Shown here: positions 60,452 through 64,000 of the stretch, piece by piece
Position numbering within the stretch: the stretch's first letter is position 1
How the letters are laid out: every line of letters begins with the position of its first letter
Assembly (NCBI GenBank): GCA_002437115.1
Contig: DJOD01000049.1
Location: forward strand, 1,752 to 65,751
Reading direction: 5' to 3'
Origin: Prevotella sp. UBA6447
Lineage (GTDB): Bacteria > Bacteroidota > Bacteroidia > Bacteroidales > Bacteroidaceae
Length of the DNA stretch: 64,000 nt
Notes under the pieces: model-generated
The model's database searches: none
Seen by the model: only the letters and a program-made list of their open reading frames with translations
What the model was told of the DNA's origin: nothing
Translations under genes and position numbers: made by a program

Positions 60452-61723
60452 TCATGCGTGCTTTCCGTTGTAGGCGTCGTGGTGGCATGAGCTGTCGCCA
60501 TAGGTGATGGAGCCGTCAAGGTATTTCCCAATCAGTTCATCGGTGCCGATGACGGGGGCGCCACCGTGGATGGCTATGCCCATCTCGCCGAGCATTTCCA
60601 CGGCTCCTGCTCCGAGACCGCCGCAGATGACATCGGTCACGCCCAGACCCTGCAGGAAGCGTGGCATGGCCCCGTGTGCATGTTCGGGTGCTGTAAGCAC
60701 TTGTTTGCCGACCAGCGTGTTGTCGTCAATGTCGAAAATTGTCACCTGGGGTGCTTTGCCGAAGTGGGGAAAGAGCATACCGTCGGCTGTGGGAATTGCA
60801 ATTTTTTGTTTCATTTCTTTTATTGTTATTGTTGAGTGTGTTGTTGAGCCCGCGACATGCGTCCGCATTTCTGTTGGCATGTTTCCTGTCAGTCGCTTGA
60901 AGAATTTCACAAAGTATGATGGGTCTTCAAAGCCCAGTTGGTAGCTGATTTCCTTGACGCTCATGGTGGAGCTCTGAAGTTGCCGCTTGGCTTCAAGCAC
61001 GATGCGGTCGTTTATGATTTGCAGTGGAGAGCGATGCGCGCTTTGGCGGACATATGTGGCCAGACTGCGCGCTGAGATATTCAGCAAGTTGGCATACTCC
61101 TGTACGGTGTGCAGGGTGCGGAAGTTTTTCTCCAGCAACTGCCGAAACCTCACGAAGGTGCAGTTGGCAACACTTGTCACGTACAGCTTGGGCATCTTCA
61201 CGCGCTCTCCGCTGCGCTGCACGCGTATGAGAAAAAGGCGCAGCAGATATTGCATATAGTCCTTATGGGCAAACGCTCCGGTGAGCGTGTATTCGCGGTT
61301 CATCTCGCTGACGAGGCCCAGCAAGCGCTGCGCTTCATCGGACGAAACCTTAAAATAAGGAAGAGAGTCGTAGGCGTTGAACACATTGTACTTGATAAAA
61401 ACACTCTCGCTCGACTCCTCATCGACCAAGAAGCTCGCGTTGAAGTGGATGACAACACCTTGGTAATCGGTGTTGTGGTCGAAACTGTGAATCTGTCCAG
61501 GTGCCACAAAGAAGATGGTGTTGTCACTCACAGGATAGTCGACAAAGTCGACCATGTGCGTGCCATGTCCGTGACGAAACCAGATAATTTGGTAGAACCC
61601 ATGTGCGTGCGGTTGCATGGGATTGCCACAGATATCAAGGAAGAAGTGTGGCATGAAGTGCAACTCCAGCTCCAGGCCGGAGTGACAATCCTCGCCAATG
61701 GCGTATGTCTTTACTTTGTCCAT
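60452..61723 (-). CDS. AraC family regulator fused to a NifB/NifX (Nitro_FeMo-Co) domain
   Basis: Cupin PHAHGFYQIIW; HTH ..LGFEDPSYFVKFFKR.TG..P; then KIAIP...HFGKA...DVICGGLG.GA. Confidence 0.85.
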   Translation of the reverse strand: MDKVKTYAIGEDCHSGLELELHFMPHFFLDICGNPMQPHAHGFYQIIWFRHGHGTHMVDFVDYPVSDNTIFFVAPGQIHSFDHNTDYQGVVIHFNASFLVDEESSESVFIKYNVFNAYDSLPYFKVSSDEAQRLLGLVSEMNREYTLTGAFAHKDYMQYLLRLFLIRVQRSGERVKMPKLYVTSVANCTFVRFRQLLEKNFRTLHTVQEYANLLNISARSLATYVRQSAHRSPLQIINDRIVLEAKRQLQSSTMSVKEISYQLGFEDPSYFVKFFKRLTGNMPTEMRTHVAGSTTHSTITIKEMKQKIAIPTADGMLFPHFGKAPQVTIFDIDDNTLVGKQVLTAPEHAHGAMPRFLQGLGVTDVICGGLGAGAVEMLGEMGIAIHGGAPVIGTDELIGKYLDGSITYGDSSCHHDAYNGKHA

Positions 61724-61938
61724 GCTTGTTGTATTACTGGTGCTGGCAACGTATGCTATGGGTTCTTTCCATGGCAGATTTTGTCTTTCGCATGGCAAAT
61801 TTACATATAAATTTCGACGTTAGGGATTGACATGCGTAAATTTACCATTCTGTTTCGATAATGTACAATGGAAAGTGACGGGGAAGTGCGTAATTTTGCA
61901 ACTGACAAAACATAATTAACCCTATAAAAAAGACGAAC

Positions 61939-62235
61939 ATGGAAAAAGTGAATGCTTATCTTCAGATTACGATGAAGATCAAGGAGAGTGACCGCAAGAG
62001 CGCGGCCAAGGTTTATTTCGACTACCGCCAGCCGTTCCTCGACACCATCGAGGGCGCGTTGACAAAGAGCCTGCTCGTGCGCGATGAGGACGTGCAGGTG
62101 CTGCATGGCTTCGACTCGGCGGAGCACGCTGCTGCCTATCTTGAGTCGGATATGTTTAAGAACGATGTGGCGAAAGGTCTCTCGCCTTATTTCCAGGCTG
62201 ACCCTGAGATACGCATCTTCACGGTGGCCGGATAA
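61939..62235 (+). CDS. Small hypothetical protein (probable dimeric alpha-beta barrel)
   Basis: Good start context, promoter TAATTTTG at 61891, downstream hairpin; HGFDS.E.A.AYL.S. Confidence 0.75.
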   Translation: MEKVNAYLQITMKIKESDRKSAAKVYFDYRQPFLDTIEGALTKSLLVRDEDVQVLHGFDSAEHAAAYLESDMFKNDVAKGLSPYFQADPEIRIFTVAG

Positions 62236-62261
62236 TACGGGGAAGGATATGGGACAACCAC

Positions 62262-62291
62262 GGGAGGTGTGGCTCGGAAGCCGCACCTCCC
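62262..62291. terminator. Hairpin between convergent genes
   Basis: GGGAGGTGTGGCT-CGGA-AGCCGCACCTCCC. Confidence 0.65.
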
Positions 62292-62317
62292 ATCATGTGA
62301 TTGTTCCGAAAAGCCAT

Positions 62318-63184
62318 TTAATGTGCCAATCGTACCATCTTGAATGTCTTTCCTCCTTGCCTGACGACAGTCGGTTGGCCGATCAAGGGCTTCTCTATCT
62401 CCATGCCGCCAAGGGTGTAATATCGTGTTTCCCCTTCGCTATCTCCAGTCATGTGTTCAATGCCATTGGGCGTGCCGCTTTGCTTGTGTGAAAACACCCA
62501 GTCCAAACGTTGCGTCGTGTAGCTCTGTATGCACGTCATCTCGTGTGTCCAGCCGTCCTCTATGTCATATCGGAACTCGCCTCCATTCTCCGCCAGCTCT
62601 TGCGTGAATGTGTCCATGTTGCCGACGCTCATAATCTCGTCGACCGTTCCCATGACAGTGTATAGGGGCACCTGGGCCACTTTCTTCGCGTCGCTGCGTG
62701 ACGGGTCTGCGGCAACGGGCATGGCTGCGGCAAACAGTTCGGGGAAGGTAGACAGCATGCTCAGCGTTCCTGTTCCTCCCATCGAGCCGCCCAGAAGATA
62801 CACACGGTCGGCATCCACTGTTCCCGCATTGACATATTGGTCTATCAGACCTTTCAATACGACGTTCATCGTGCCTCCCCACGACTTGTCCTGCGGGCAC
62901 TGGGGCACCAGGAAAACGGCATCGATGCTATGCGCCTGCAGATAGTTGGCGATGGAATCTGTTGCGGGTTCCGCCACGGGCTTCTCGTTGTCACTGCCCT
63001 TGCTTGACCCTCCGTGCAGGTAGATGACGAGGATTGGGGCTGACATGCCGCTGCCGAATGTGGCCTTGCGGTAGGGCAAGGTGGTGCGCATGTAGTTGCC
63101 CGTCTCGTAGGTGTAGTGGGTACTGGCGCTGCTTGCAAGGGGAAGCGAGAGCACCAGAAGCAGCAATGTAAGGAAATGCTTCAT
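62318..63184 (-). CDS. Secreted alpha/beta-hydrolase (esterase/peptidase S9-like) with C-terminal sorting domain
   Basis: Signal peptide MKHFLTLLLL, LHGG, PQCP, GGSMGG nucleophile, D and H; tail YTLGGM. Confidence 0.85.
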   Translation of the reverse strand: MKHFLTLLLLVLSLPLASSASTHYTYETGNYMRTTLPYRKATFGSGMSAPILVIYLHGGSSKGSDNEKPVAEPATDSIANYLQAHSIDAVFLVPQCPQDKSWGGTMNVVLKGLIDQYVNAGTVDADRVYLLGGSMGGTGTLSMLSTFPELFAAAMPVAADPSRSDAKKVAQVPLYTVMGTVDEIMSVGNMDTFTQELAENGGEFRYDIEDGWTHEMTCIQSYTTQRLDWVFSHKQSGTPNGIEHMTGDSEGETRYYTLGGMEIEKPLIGQPTVVRQGGKTFKMVRLAH

Positions 63185-63279
63185 AAATACTGGTTGTTGG
63201 TTGGTTCTGTCGAATCTTTCGTGCCGGCAGCGGACAGCCTGCCATTTGCGTGGCATGCCGCCGCTGCAGAGACTCTTGC

Positions 63280-63747
63280 TCAGTCCTTCTTGGCTTTCAT
63301 TTTGGCCGGTTTTTGCGCGGTGCGGCGCTTCGCCATCCGGTTCATCATCTGGCGCTCCAGTTTGTAAACGCGCTCGATTTGTGTCTGCGTCAGAAACTTG
63401 GAATACTCCTTGTAATATTTCTTGCGGATGTTGAGAATCTTCTCGCTGTTGTCGAAACGCGCCTTGATGAACCCTTCGGCCTCCTTGTCGGTCATGTTGT
63501 GATTCTTCTTTTTTTTGTTTTTCGGTGCCAAAGTCCAGATTTCTTTCTGACACTTGCCGTAGGTGTCGACAAACTTGGCGGTGATGTCGTCGCTGAAAGC
63601 CAGCTGGTGGGCGATGTGCTTTGCCTGCACCTCAGCCAGTTGCTCGCGCGAGAGGCGTTGCCGCTGGATGGACTGCTGGGCGTTGGCGGTTGCGCATGAC
63701 AGCATCAGGATGATGGCCATCATGAAGAAACGGATAATCTTTTTCAT
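63280..63747 (-). CDS. Periplasmic helical protein (Spy/CpxP-like)
   Basis: Signal peptide ending ANA-Q; basic and helical; FLTQTQ motif. Confidence 0.7.
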   Translation of the reverse strand: MKKIIRFFMMAIILMLSCATANAQQSIQRQRLSREQLAEVQAKHIAHQLAFSDDITAKFVDTYGKCQKEIWTLAPKNKKKKNHNMTDKEAEGFIKARFDNSEKILNIRKKYYKEYSKFLTQTQIERVYKLERQMMNRMAKRRTAQKPAKMKAKKD

Positions 63748-63748
63748 G

Positions 63749-64000
63749 TTATTCGGTTTTTAAATAGTTAATAAATTCGTCTTCTTGGTAAACGTTGAGC
63801 ATGTATTGCTGGTCGTCTGTAGACAGTTGGCTGAAGGCCTTGTCAACGTCGTTGAGCGTGGGTGCCTCCTGGCGAGTGTGGCCCAAGCCAACGACCAACA
63901 GCAACGTGATGACTGCCGCAGCCGACAGCAGGCTGTAGATAAGCGTCCGCTTACGTGCTTGTGGCCTTGATAGCGTGTCGCGATGGGCGGCAGTGCCGTT
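63749..64000 (-). CDS. 3' part of a single-TM protein, probably an ECF anti-sigma-like factor
   Basis: Not in the ORF track; reads ...RKRTLIYSLLSAAAVITLLLVVGLG...AFSQLSTDDQQYMLNVYQEDEFINYLKTE*, stop 1 nt before the next ATG. Confidence 0.65.
   Translation of the reverse strand, partial: NGTAAHRDTLSRPQARKRTLIYSLLSAAAVITLLLVVGLGHTRQEAPTLNDVDKAFSQLSTDDQQYMLNVYQEDEFINYLKTE

Overview
The window looks like a Bacteroidota chromosome segment, most likely Prevotellaceae. This rests on TAnnTTTG (-7)/TTTG (-33) promoters, AT-rich non-SD start regions and Prevotella-type short C-terminal sorting domains. 1-17237 is the distal part of a Wzx/Wzy capsule/EPS locus: an AT-richer block to ~13330, then a GC-rich block. 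It is followed by a GH2 beta-galactosidase, a NagB/PIG-L fusion, and a repeat-containing secreted surface protein (frameshifted at a G9 tract in its signal peptide) co-transcribed with a small acidic peptide. Next come NigD-like, HU-like and YitT genes, a secreted GH30, a helicase-MATE-BNR/LamG operon, an ArnT/GT2/LAB_N/epimerase lipid-modification cassette, and a TonB receptor with a beta-helix lipoprotein. The rest is housekeeping genes (prfC, rfbD, ClC, tsaC, NhaC), an AraC-NifX fusion and the end of a probable ECF anti-sigma operon. No rRNA, tRNA, CRISPR array or intact transposase was seen. The main leads are two poly-G frameshifts that would both be in frame at G8, two inverted copies of an unannotated intergenic element (a palindrome plus 22-bp-period repeats), REP-like hairpins, and a leader-peptide-like small ORF. 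All product calls come from motif recognition, not database searches.
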